Shown: piece by piece, positions 8,019-16,423 of the stretch | Numbering within the stretch: position 1 is the first letter of the stretch | Layout of the letters: each line of letters begins with the position of its first letter | From: Myxococcota bacterium | Lineage (GTDB): Bacteria; Myxococcota_A; UBA9160; UBA4427 | Reading direction: 5' to 3' | DNA: 21,070 bases | NCBI GenBank assembly: GCA_036336835.1 | Contig: JAYZFK010000067.1 | Location: 1 to 21,070 of the forward strand | Notes under the pieces: generated by a model | What the model saw: only the letters and a program-made list of their open reading frames with translations | What the model was told of the DNA's origin: nothing | Databases searched by the model: none | Translations under genes and position numbers: made by a program

Positions 8019-8066
8019 TGCACGCCCAGCCCCCAGATGCACCGGGGGCTGAGGCGGTGCATTTCT
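8019..8066 (+). terminator. Probable terminator/hairpin after cspA
   Basis: Stem cagccccc (8027-8034)/gggggctg (8044-8051), extended by tgcacgcc/ggcggtgca and followed by a short tttct tract. A second perfect 9-bp hairpin lies at 7989-8012. Confidence 0.45.
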
Positions 8067-8106
8067 GCGCCAGTCGATCAGGAGCGCCTGGTAATCTGTC
8101 GACCTC

Positions 8107-8466
8107 ATGGAGGCACTGACGGACGTCCAGGTCGAGGCCCTGCGAGCGGAGCTCGAGGAGCTGAAGCTCGACCTGACGGCGCGTCTCGATAGCGGGTCCG
8201 AAGCCGCGAGGCCCGTCCAACTCGACCAGACCGCCGTGGGGCGACTATCCCGGATGGACGCCATGCAGAGCCAGGCCATGGCGCAAGCGACGCGACGCAC
8301 GACGGAGATCCGCCTCAGTCAATGCAAGCACGCCTTGCTGGCGGTCGAACGAGGCGAGTACGGATCCTGTCGGAGATGCGAGGAGCCCATCGGCATCGAT
8401 CGCCTGAACGCCAAGCCAGAGGCTCCCTTCTGCCTGGAATGTCAACGCAGTTTCGATCGACGGTAG
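8107..8466 (+). CDS. TraR/DksA C4-type zinc finger protein
   Basis: Coiled-coil N-terminus with tip [38 protein letters not shown]4 finger. Confidence 0.93.
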   Translation: MEALTDVQVEALRAELEELKLDLTARLDSGSEAARPVQLDQTAVGRLSRMDAMQSQAMAQATRRTTEIRLSQCKHALLAVERGEYGSCRRCEEPIGIDRLNAKPEAPFCLECQRSFDRR

Positions 8467-8494
8467 CCAGGACCTCGATCGGGGAGGGGAGGCC

Positions 8495-8648
8495 ATGACC
8501 GAGCTCGGACCGATCGCCACGACGATCCTTTACGAAGACGACGAGGTTCGAGTCTGGGATCAGCGGCTCGACCGAGATTGCACGTAACACGGGCAAGTGC
8601 CGCTACCGCGCGATCCTGGTCGAGTTCAAGCAGCCAGAAGGCGGCTGA
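8495..8648 (+). pseudogene. Small cupin-like protein with internal deletion and frameshift
   Basis: GGAGG RBS + ATG 8495 gives MTELGPIATTILYEDDEVRVWDQRLD, then TAA at 8585. A different frame from 8571 gives TEIARNTGKCRYRAILVEFKQPEGG-TGA 8648. These match the N- and C-terminal strands of small cupins; the central His-containing part is missing. Confidence 0.72.
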
Positions 8649-9551
8649 TCAGACGGGCGCGCTGCGGCCCGCTCGTTCGAGCTGTTTCCAGCGGAAGGGT
8701 ACGAGCAGCTGGGCGGGGAGGCTGCTGGGGAATCCGGCGAGACCATCGATGCCGACCTCCTCGGGCCGGGCGCGATCCGATGGAAGGAAGCGCGTTCCGA
8801 AGACGGCATCCCAGAAGATGAAGGTGTTGCCATAGTTGCGGTTGGCCTCGTGCGCCAGCGTCGAGTGGTGCCAGCGATGGAGCTCACCGATGCTGAAGAT
8901 CCACGAGAAGGGACGGAGCTCGAAGTCGATGTTGGCGTGCTGGAACAGGCCCGCCACGCGCCCAATCACCATCCAGACTGCGAGCACCGGCGCGCCAACT
9001 CCGAGGATCGCCAGAGGAAGCCCACCGACGAAGCCCCGGAACAGCGTCTCGCCGGGATGGGTACGCGTTGCATTCAGCCAGTAGAGCCGCGGTGCGCTGT
9101 GGTGAATCGAGTGGAAGCGCCACAGCGTCCGGCTCTCGTGCATCGCGCGGTGCGCCCAGTAGTCGAACAGCTCCGCCACGACCGATGCCAGTGCCACCTG
9201 CGCCAGCAAGGGCCACTCCATGGGCCACAGTCCGGTGCCGAGCGACACCGAGAGCCAGCTCGCCAGCGCGAGAGCGAGCGCGGCGCTCGCGGGCTGCATC
9301 AACGCACCCACCAGCCACGTCGTCGGCAGATACAGGGCGTCGGCCCCGAGATCGCCGGTGGAGTGGTTCCATTCGCGATCGAACGGCAGCAGACGCTCGA
9401 GCGCGGTCACCACGATCATCCCCGCGAGGTAGACGCCAAACATCGCACCCACGGGGTCGATGCCGCGGTCCATCGCGATCATCACAGTCGCCACGGCAGC
9501 GATGAGAGCGAGGGGAAAGACCGCAATGCGGATGATCTGGCCTCTCCTCAT
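8649..9551 (-). CDS. Sterol desaturase / fatty acid hydroxylase family di-iron membrane enzyme (300 aa)
   Basis: His boxes YWAHRAMH, FHSIHHS, FQHAN, LHRWHHS; NYG..FWDAVFGT. Start ATG 9551 (MRRGQII); the ORF-track extension to 10082 is the antisense of the SDR. Confidence 0.93.
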   Translation of the reverse strand: MRRGQIIRIAVFPLALIAAVATVMIAMDRGIDPVGAMFGVYLAGMIVVTALERLLPFDREWNHSTGDLGADALYLPTTWLVGALMQPASAALALALASWLSVSLGTGLWPMEWPLLAQVALASVVAELFDYWAHRAMHESRTLWRFHSIHHSAPRLYWLNATRTHPGETLFRGFVGGLPLAILGVGAPVLAVWMVIGRVAGLFQHANIDFELRPFSWIFSIGELHRWHHSTLAHEANRNYGNTFIFWDAVFGTRFLPSDRARPEEVGIDGLAGFPSSLPAQLLVPFRWKQLERAGRSAPV

Positions 9552-9557
9552 CGCGCC

Positions 9558-9563
9558 AGTGTA
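9558..9563 (-). promoter_or_regulatory. -10 element (TACACT) of a probably leaderless desaturase transcript
   Basis: TAnnnT hexamer 6 nt before ATG 9551, with no SD sequence. Confidence 0.55.
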
Positions 9564-9673
9564 GCTGCAGGCAACCTCGCGGCGCCCTCTCCCTCGCGCG
9601 CCGCGGGCCGAATCGCTGCGCGACAAGCCGCCCGGCAAAACGCGCGCGTCTGGGAGAACCCCGCACGTGCGAG

Positions 9674-9679
9674 TATCAT
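9674..9679 (+). promoter_or_regulatory. -10 element (TATCAT) for the SDR gene
   Basis: TAnnnT just upstream of the GGGAG RBS (9687-9691) and TTG 9700. Confidence 0.5.
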
Positions 9680-9699
9680 GCGGCGCGGGAGCTTGCAGC

Positions 9700-10602
9700 T
9701 TGAGTCTTTCACTGTCTGGCAGGACCGCAGTCGTCACCGGCGCGGGACGCGGCATCGGCCGCGCCACCGCCGTGGAGCTCGCTCGGCACGGCGCGAGCGT
9801 GGTGGTCAATGACATCGGCACCTCTACCGCTGGCGTCGGTCGCGACGCGTCCACCGCCCAGGCGGTGGTGAGCGAGATCGAGGCGACGGGAGGCAGCGCG
9901 CTCGCAAGCACCGAATCGGTGAGCGATTTCGAGGGAGCCGGACGCATCATCGGCGCTGCCGTCGAACGCTTCGGCGGCATCGACATCCTGGTCAACAACG
10001 CGGGACTCTCGGCCGGCGCTCCGATCTGGCAGCTCGAACCGGACGTGTTCGATCGGGTGACCGCCACACATATCCAGGGCACCTATCACTGCACGCGGCA
10101 CGCCGTTCCCCACATGAAGGACAAGGGCTGGGGCCGCATCGTGAACCTGGTCTCGCGCTCCGGACTGACCGGCGTCGCCGGCAGCGCGGCGTACGGCGCG
10201 GGAAAGGGCGGCATCTTCGGCTTCACGAACGTCGTCAGTCGCGACCTCGTCGCATTCGGAATCACTGTCAACGGCGTCAACCCCTCCTCGACCGACACGC
10301 GCATGGTGAGCGAGGCGATCGAGGCCGCCGAGCGAGGCGGCGGGGCGATGGCAGAGCGAGCCGCGAACCTCAAGGCCGTGCTGCAGGCGCCCGAGGAGGT
10401 GGCGGTCCTGATCGTCGCACTCTGCTCCGAGCAGGCGGCGTCCATCAGCGGACAGTTCTTCTTTGTGCGCGGCACCGAGGTGGGCTTGTTCCGCCCGCTG
10501 TCGGTCGAGCAGACGACATCGCGCGAAGCCCGCTGGAGCGCGGGCGATCTCGCCGAGGCGCTGACCGAGCTCGAGCCCTACCCGTTGGACTCGCCCTACT
10601 AG
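9700..10602 (+). CDS. SDR family NAD(P)-dependent oxidoreductase (MFE-2/3-hydroxyacyl-CoA dehydrogenase-like subgroup)
   Basis: TGAGRGIG, VVVNDIG, LVNNAG, YGAGK. TTG 9700 follows GGGAG; GTG 9667 is an alternative start. Confidence 0.93.
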   Translation: MSLSLSGRTAVVTGAGRGIGRATAVELARHGASVVVNDIGTSTAGVGRDASTAQAVVSEIEATGGSALASTESVSDFEGAGRIIGAAVERFGGIDILVNNAGLSAGAPIWQLEPDVFDRVTATHIQGTYHCTRHAVPHMKDKGWGRIVNLVSRSGLTGVAGSAAYGAGKGGIFGFTNVVSRDLVAFGITVNGVNPSSTDTRMVSEAIEAAERGGGAMAERAANLKAVLQAPEEVAVLIVALCSEQAASISGQFFFVRGTEVGLFRPLSVEQTTSREARWSAGDLAEALTELEPYPLDSPY

Positions 10603-11825
10603 TCAGGCGCGGGCGACGAGCCCGTCGAACCGGCGTCGACTTCTGCTCGCGACTCGAGCGGCAGGCGGAGCCACCCGCGCAGGACTCCGACGGGGATTCG
10701 CGCGCCCGCATCGGGCCGGAGCGCAACGGCGGGCAGCAGCGCTCCCAACGCCTCGAGCCCGACGCGGGCCTCGAGGCGCGCGAGATGCGAGCCCAGGCAG
10801 AAGTGGATGCCGTGGCTCAAAGCCAGGTGATCGTTCGGGACTCGGTCCGCGTCGAACTCGTCGGGCCGTTCGAAGTGGCGCGGGTCGCGGTTGGCTGCGG
10901 CGTACATCAGCATCAGGACATCGCCGGCCCGCAGCTTCTCGCCCGCCAGCTCGACGTCCTGGCTCGCGGTCCGCGCGAGGCAATTGACCGGAGACTGCAG
11001 CCTCAACATCTCCTCGACCATCGCGGGGATCTTCGCGGGCTCCGCGCGCACCATCTCGAGCAGATCCGGGCGTTCCTGCAGCACCAACGCGGCGTTCGAG
11101 AGCAGATTCGTGGTGGTCTCGTTGCCGGCGGCCCACAGGAGCTGACACAGGCCCACGAGCTCGCCCGGCTGCAGGGGACTCTCGTCGCTCTCGGAAGCGT
11201 CGATCAGCGCCGAGAAGAGATCGTCGCGACGAACCGAGCGCCTGGTCTCGATCAACTCGGCGAGCGTGTCGTACATCTCCCGCATCATGTTGCGTGGGTG
11301 GGCGTCGCCGAGCTCGGCGGCACCCGTCACGCTGGTCGTGGCGTTCCAGAGTCGCAGTCGATCGTGCATTTCGTCGGGGATCCCCAGGATCTCGGCGATC
11401 ACGCTCACGGGAAACGGACTGCTGAACGCTCGAACGAGGTCGACCTCCTCGCCCGCCTCGAGCTGCGCTCGCAGCTCTGCCATCAGCCCAGTCGCAATCT
11501 CGCGAATCCGCGCTTCGCGTCGCGCAATCGTGCGCGGGACGAAGGCTTTCGACAGGATGCGTCGCAGCCGGTCGTGGTGCGGCGGGTCGTCCTGGATCAT
11601 CGGCAAGTGCGGCGTATCGGCGTCCGCCGACCTGCCCATGGGGCCTCCCCCTGAAGAGAAACGCGTGGGATCGTGGAGCACCGCCAGTACGTCGTCGTAG
11701 CGGGTCACGGCCCAGAACTGGTTCGTCTCGCTCCAGTAGACCGGCGCCTCGTTGCGCAGGCGTTCCCAGAACGGAGAGGGGTCGGCGATGTACTTCGGCT
11801 CTTGGAAAGGCAACAGCTCTTCCAT
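10599..11825 (-). CDS. Cytochrome P450 (408 aa)
   Basis: DDPPHHDRLR, I-helix AAGNETT, ExxR (EMLR), AANRDP, heme loop LSHGIHFCLG. ATG 11825 follows GGAGG. Stop overlaps the convergent SDR stop (CTAG). Confidence 0.96.
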   Translation of the reverse strand: MEELLPFQEPKYIADPSPFWERLRNEAPVYWSETNQFWAVTRYDDVLAVLHDPTRFSSGGGPMGRSADADTPHLPMIQDDPPHHDRLRRILSKAFVPRTIARREARIREIATGLMAELRAQLEAGEEVDLVRAFSSPFPVSVIAEILGIPDEMHDRLRLWNATTSVTGAAELGDAHPRNMMREMYDTLAELIETRRSVRRDDLFSALIDASESDESPLQPGELVGLCQLLWAAGNETTTNLLSNAALVLQERPDLLEMVRAEPAKIPAMVEEMLRLQSPVNCLARTASQDVELAGEKLRAGDVLMLMYAAANRDPRHFERPDEFDADRVPNDHLALSHGIHFCLGSHLARLEARVGLEALGALLPAVALRPDAGARIPVGVLRGWLRLPLESRAEVDAGSTGSSPAPD

Positions 11826-11853
11826 CGATCCCTCCCGGTGCGATGCCAATCGC

Positions 11854-11859
11854 ATGATA
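11854..11859 (-). promoter_or_regulatory. -10 element (TATCAT) for the P450 gene
   Basis: TAnnnT ~28 nt upstream of the ATG, in the same GTATCATGCG context as 9673-9682. Confidence 0.5.
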
Positions 11860-11982
11860 CATCGTCCTTCTGCTGCAAACCGACAGGCGGTCAGCCCGTG
11901 CCAGGTCGCTCGGGGCCGGCGCACCGCCGACGCGCGCCGGAGGGGGCTCCGTGCGGAGGGTGCCCCGATCCCACTGCCGGAC

Positions 11983-11991
11983 TGATAGGTT
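11983..11991 (+). promoter_or_regulatory. Extended -10 (TG-A-TAGGTT) for the SRPBCC-SDR operon
   Basis: TGn-TAnnnT ~12 nt upstream of the GAGGAG RBS. Confidence 0.5.
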
Positions 11992-12014
11992 GGGCCGCCC
12001 GAGAGGAGCCGCCG

Positions 12015-12536
12015 ATGCGCGAACACCGCCACTCGTTCGAGATGCCGCACTCGGCAGCGCGCATCTGGGCCCTGATGCGCGACTGCGCAATGTGCTTCTC
12101 GGTCGCTCCGGGACTCGATCGTTGGACCGAGTACGCGCCCATGGTGCTCGAGATGCAGGTTCCCGAGCCGGGCGACGAGCACGGCAACGGACTCGTGCGA
12201 GTGCTCCAGTTCAGGTTGCCCTTCGGGCGGCGTGGTACCGCGCGCGAACGGGTCAGCGATGTCGAGCCCGAGCGGGGCTACCGCTTCGAGATGGGCTTCG
12301 ACCGGCCCAACAGCCAGACGGGGGCGGTGCGACTCGTGCCGCTCGGCCCCAACCGCACACGGCTCGACTTCGAGGAGCGCTTTCACCTGACTCGCGCGCC
12401 GCGCAAGTGGTTCGAGGGACCGATCTACCGCTCGATCAACCGCAAGAACGAGGCGTCGATGCGCGGCTTCTCGCGGTGGCTGGCCGACCATCCGGAATTT
12501 CGGCCCGACCTCGTCGAGCCGAAGGAGGGGCAATGA
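12015..12536 (+). CDS. SRPBCC (START/polyketide cyclase-like) ligand-binding family protein (173 aa)
   Basis: GAGGAG RBS. Pattern SAARIWALMRD...RWTEYAP, GLVRV, RERVSDVEPERGYRF, GAVRLVPLGPNRTRL, C-terminal helix. ATGA overlap with the next gene. Confidence 0.85.
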   Translation: MREHRHSFEMPHSAARIWALMRDCAMCFSVAPGLDRWTEYAPMVLEMQVPEPGDEHGNGLVRVLQFRLPFGRRGTARERVSDVEPERGYRFEMGFDRPNSQTGAVRLVPLGPNRTRLDFEERFHLTRAPRKWFEGPIYRSINRKNEASMRGFSRWLADHPEFRPDLVEPKEGQ

Positions 12537-13321
12537 ACGGACCGCTGGCAGACCGGGTTGCGCTCGTCACCGGCGGAGGGACGGGGATCGGCGCGGCGAT
12601 CGCCCGGCGCCTGGCGCAGGAGGGCGCGCGGGTCGTGATCTGCGGTCGGCGCAGGGAGCCGCTCGAAGCGGTCGTGGAGACGATCCGCGCCTCGGGAGGT
12701 GAGGCCCACGCCGTACCGACCGATCTGATCGATCCGCAGAACGTGACCGCGCTGGTCGACGACACCGCGACGCGCCACGGGCGCCTCGATGTACTGGTCA
12801 ACAACGCCGTCCAGATGGTGATCCAGCCCGTCGCCGAGATGACCGTCGAGCAGTGGCGCCAGAGTCTCGGCGTCGGGCTGGAGGCGGTCTTCGTCGCGGT
12901 GAAGGCCGCCCTGCCGTGGATGGCCGCAGCGGGGAGGGGGGCGATCGTGAACATCTCGTCGCTGGCAGCCCACATGTCGGACGCGGGTCTCGGAGGCTAC
13001 TCGGCCGCCAAGGCGGGTCTCGAGAGCTTCACCCGGGCGGTAGCCATCGAGGCCGCGCCGGACGGCGTCCGGGTGAACTCGCTGTGCCTGGGCATGATCG
13101 CCACCGAGCAGGGGGACGCTGCCTTCGACGCGAAAGCCCGCGCCGCGATGGAATCCATCATTCCCCTCGGCCGCTTCGGCAAGCCCGAGGAGATCGCCAG
13201 CTGTGCGCTGTTCCTGGCCTCCGACGAGGCGGCCTTCGTGACCGGCACCACCCTGACTGCCGACGGCGGACAGAGCGCGAGCCTCGGCGCGCCCAGGATT
13301 CGGACCGGCACCCGACACTAA
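12533..13321 (+). CDS. SDR family oxidoreductase (FabG-like, 262 aa)
   Basis: TGGGTGIG, LVNNA, NISS, YSAAK, IPLGRFGKPEEIA, ADGG. AAGGAGG RBS, ATG 12533. Confidence 0.95.
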   Translation: MNGPLADRVALVTGGGTGIGAAIARRLAQEGARVVICGRRREPLEAVVETIRASGGEAHAVPTDLIDPQNVTALVDDTATRHGRLDVLVNNAVQMVIQPVAEMTVEQWRQSLGVGLEAVFVAVKAALPWMAAAGRGAIVNISSLAAHMSDAGLGGYSAAKAGLESFTRAVAIEAAPDGVRVNSLCLGMIATEQGDAAFDAKARAAMESIIPLGRFGKPEEIASCALFLASDEAAFVTGTTLTADGGQSASLGAPRIRTGTRH

Positions 13322-13324
13322 TTC

Positions 13325-13367
13325 CGCGCCGCTCCCGCAAACGATTGCATAAGATGGGAGCGGCGCG
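13325..13367. repeat. Perfect 12-bp inverted repeat with a 19-nt AT-richer spacer
   Basis: cgcgccgctccc (13325-13336) / gggagcggcgcg (13356-13367). The spacer contains gcaa/ttgc and TAAGAT. Confidence 0.75.
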
Positions 13368-13403
13368 CGGCGCCAACGGGCCGCACTACGAGGAGGTGGC
13401 AGC

Positions 13404-14612
13404 ATGACACAGATCCTGCAGGGTATTCGCGTGCTCGAAGTCGCACAGTGGTGGTTCGTACCCTCCGCGGGCGCGGCGCTGCGCGACTGGGGCGCGGAGA
13501 TCATCAAGGTCGAGCATCCCGAGGTGGGTGACCCGCAACGCGGCCTGATGACCAGTGGCATGGTGGCCGGCGGCACGGGCGTCAACTTCATGATGGAGCA
13601 GCCCAATCGCGGCAAGAAGAGCGTCGCCATCAACCTCAAGTCGCCCGACGGAATCGAGCTGCTCTACAAGCTGGCCGAGACGTGCGATGTCTTTCTGACG
13701 AGCTTCCTGCCGGACCTGCGGCAGCGGCTCGAGATCGACGTAGAGCACATTCGCGCGCGCAATCCGAACATCATCTACGTGCGCGGCACTGGGCAGGGCG
13801 CGCGCGGGCCCGAGATCAACAAGGCCGGCTACGACGGCACGTCCTACTGGTGCCGAAGCGGCATGGCGTACGCGATGACGCGCAGGGATGCCGAGATCCC
13901 CGCCGGCCCGCGCCCGGCCTTCGGCGACGGCGTCGGCGGACTCACCATCGCCGGCGGGATTGCGGGCGCCCTGTTCCACCGCGAGCGTACTGGAGAAGCC
14001 ACCACCGTGGACGTCTCCCTGCTCGCCACGGCGATGTGGCAACTCGCTCCCGACATCGCCATGAGTCCGGCTGCCGACACCATGCTCTCGGGCGGTCGCG
14101 GCGCACCCGCGAACCCGCTGGTCAACAACTACCAGACGGGCGACGGTCGCTGGCTGCAGCTCATCATGTTGCAGGCGGACCGCGACTGGCCCGACTTCTG
14201 CGAGCACATCGATCGCGCGGACCTGATCGAGGATCCGCGGTTCGCAAGCATGGCGCTGCGCCGCGAGAACACCGCCGACTGCGTCCGGGTGCTGGAGGAG
14301 GTCTTCGCCAAGCGCCCCCTGGCCGAGTGGCGCGAGCGCTTCGAGACGCTGCGGGGTGCCTGGACGGCCGTCCAGACGCCGCGGGAGGTCCACGACGACC
14401 CGCAGGTCGTCGCCAACGACTTCCTGGGAGAGGTCGCGGCAGCCGACGGCTCGAGCTTCAAGCTGGTCAGCAACCCCATTCAGTACGACGAGGAGCCCTA
14501 CTCCCTGGAGCCGGCACCCGAGCACGGTCAGAACACGGAAGAAGTGCTGCTCGATCTCGGGCTCTCCTGGGACCAGATCGCTGCCCACAGGGAATCCAGG
14601 GCAATCGGGTAG
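13404..14612 (+). CDS. Family III (CaiB/BaiF) CoA-transferase
   Basis: LQGIRVLEVA, GAEIIKVEHP..GDPQR, NRGKKSVAINLK, catalytic Asp region PAFGDGVGG, APEHGQNTEEVL. AGGAGG RBS. Confidence 0.96.
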   Translation: MTQILQGIRVLEVAQWWFVPSAGAALRDWGAEIIKVEHPEVGDPQRGLMTSGMVAGGTGVNFMMEQPNRGKKSVAINLKSPDGIELLYKLAETCDVFLTSFLPDLRQRLEIDVEHIRARNPNIIYVRGTGQGARGPEINKAGYDGTSYWCRSGMAYAMTRRDAEIPAGPRPAFGDGVGGLTIAGGIAGALFHRERTGEATTVDVSLLATAMWQLAPDIAMSPAADTMLSGGRGAPANPLVNNYQTGDGRWLQLIMLQADRDWPDFCEHIDRADLIEDPRFASMALRRENTADCVRVLEEVFAKRPLAEWRERFETLRGAWTAVQTPREVHDDPQVVANDFLGEVAAADGSSFKLVSNPIQYDEEPYSLEPAPEHGQNTEEVLLDLGLSWDQIAAHRESRAIG

Positions 14613-14629
14613 CCGCAAGGGGAGAGACC

Positions 14630-15463
14630 GTGCAGCAGCTAGCAGACAGAACGGGAGTGGTGATCGGCGGCGGTAGCGGAATCGGACGCGGCATTGCACT
14701 GGCGCTGGCCGACGAGGGCATGAACCTCGTGATCGCCGACATCGAGCGCGACACGGCTCAGGCGGTCGCCGAGGAGGTGCGCAAGGTGAACGTGCGCGCC
14801 ATCGCCGTCGCGGCCGACGCCACCCGGCCGGACTCGCTCGCGCAGCTCGCAGCAGAGGCGTACGACGAGTTCGGCACGGTGCAGCTGCTGTCCAACAACG
14901 CCGGCGTCGTACCCACACTCGGTGCCCTCGAAGAGCGCAGCGACGACGAGTGGCTGTGGGTGATGTCGGTGAACCTCCACGGAATCGTGCGCAGTGTGCA
15001 GGCCTTTCTGCCTCGCATCCGGGCCCAGGGCGGTGAGGCCCACATCCAGAACACGGCGTCGATGGCCGGGATCACGGTCAGCCGGGTGCGCGGAATCGGG
15101 ATCTACACCGCCTCGAAGCACGCCTGCGTGGGCTACTCGCTCTCGTTGCGGGGCGAGCTCGCCGACGCGGGCATCGGCGTGTCGGTGCTGTGTCCTGGAA
15201 TGGTCGTCTCGAACCTGGCCGCCACCTCGGCCCGCAACCGCCCCAGCGTGTACGGTGGCCCATTGCCCGAGCCCGGCCCAGCCGACGCGACGCTGCAGGC
15301 GAAGATGATGTCGGCCGAGGAGTGCGGACGGATCGTGGTGCGAGGCATCCGGGAGAACCGGGCCTACATCATCACCCACCCGGAAACCCTGCCGCTCGTC
15401 GAAACGCAGCACGGCCAGCTCGTAGCGGACTACGAGGCCGAGCTCCGCTGCCGGCAGGCCTGA
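14630..15463 (+). CDS. SDR family oxidoreductase (277 aa)
   Basis: GTG 14630 after GGGGAG. IGGGSGIG, LSNNAG, NTASMAG, YTASK, VSVLCPG. Confidence 0.94.
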   Translation: MQQLADRTGVVIGGGSGIGRGIALALADEGMNLVIADIERDTAQAVAEEVRKVNVRAIAVAADATRPDSLAQLAAEAYDEFGTVQLLSNNAGVVPTLGALEERSDDEWLWVMSVNLHGIVRSVQAFLPRIRAQGGEAHIQNTASMAGITVSRVRGIGIYTASKHACVGYSLSLRGELADAGIGVSVLCPGMVVSNLAATSARNRPSVYGGPLPEPGPADATLQAKMMSAEECGRIVVRGIRENRAYIITHPETLPLVETQHGQLVADYEAELRCRQA

Positions 15464-15471
15464 AATCTGCC

Positions 15472-16398
15472 GTGAAGTTCTCTGTCACCTATCCGCTGAT
15501 CGCTCACCCCTGTGATCCGGCCTTCCTCGAGAAGAAGAACCTGATCCGCTTCGCCCAGGCGGCCGAGACGGCGGGCTTCGACGGGCTGGGATTCACCGAC
15601 CACCCCGCGCCGACACAGCGCTGGCTCGATGCCGGGGGGCACGACGCGCTCGACCCCTTCGCTGCGCTCGCCTTCTGTGCCGCAGTGACCGATCGCATCC
15701 GGCTGATGCCCAACATCATCGTGCTGCCCTACCGCAATCCCTTCACCGTGGCGAAGTCCATTGCGACAGTGGACGTACTGTCGGGCGGCCGCTTCACGCT
15801 GGCGACCGCGGCCGGCTATCTGCGGAGCGAGTACGAGGCGCTCGGTGTCGACTTCGGTGAGCGCAACGAGCTGTTCGACGAGGCCCTCGAGGTGATGAAG
15901 GGCGTGTGGTCGACCGACGACTTCGTCTACCGCGGGCGGCACTTCAACGCCAGCGGTCAGACCGCCAACCCCAAGCCAGTGCAACGCCCGCATCCGCCGA
16001 TCTGGATCGGCGGCAACAGCCGGATCGTGCGGCGTCGCGTGGCTCGACACGCCCAGGGCTGGACGCCGTTTCCGGCGAGAGGCCGGGTGGCGCGCACCAC
16101 CAAGACGCCGCCCCTCGAGAGCCTCGCGGACCTGCGCACGCTGCTCGACGACCTGTGGCGACACGTCGAGGAGGCCGGCCGACCGCGCAGCGAGATCGAC
16201 ATCCACTTCGTGTGCAACGCCGGGGGCTCGCCGTCGCGGGCCGACTTCGACACAGCAGCCCACCGCGAAGGGCTCGAGGAGCTGGCGCAGCTCGGAGTGA
16301 CCTGGGTCGGTGTGGGCACCACGGGCGAGAGCATCGACGGTGCCATCGAGACACTCGAACGCTACGGCGACCAGATCATCGCGCGCGAACCTCGTTAG
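15472..16398 (+). CDS. LLM-class (luciferase-like) probable F420-dependent oxidoreductase, Rv2161c-like
   Basis: AETAGFD..GFTDH, LDPFAALAF.AAVT.RIRL, VLPYRNP..AKSIATVDVLSGGR, PKPVQRPHPPIWIGG. GTG 15472. Confidence 0.92.
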   Translation: MKFSVTYPLIAHPCDPAFLEKKNLIRFAQAAETAGFDGLGFTDHPAPTQRWLDAGGHDALDPFAALAFCAAVTDRIRLMPNIIVLPYRNPFTVAKSIATVDVLSGGRFTLATAAGYLRSEYEALGVDFGERNELFDEALEVMKGVWSTDDFVYRGRHFNASGQTANPKPVQRPHPPIWIGGNSRIVRRRVARHAQGWTPFPARGRVARTTKTPPLESLADLRTLLDDLWRHVEEAGRPRSEIDIHFVCNAGGSPSRADFDTAAHREGLEELAQLGVTWVGVGTTGESIDGAIETLERYGDQIIAREPR

Positions 16399-16423
16399 GC
16401 GATCGGCCGCCGTGCGGCCACCG

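Noticed and set aside
10790..10825. P450 heme motif has Leu instead of the usual Phe (LSHGIHFCLG)
   Set aside because: Conservative change; Cys ligand, ExxR and I-helix Thr are intact, so not evidence of novelty.
11879..11899. accg-N5-cggt dyad between P450 and SRPBCC as a TetR-like operator
   Set aside because: Only 4-bp arms, no second copy found, and no regulator in the window.
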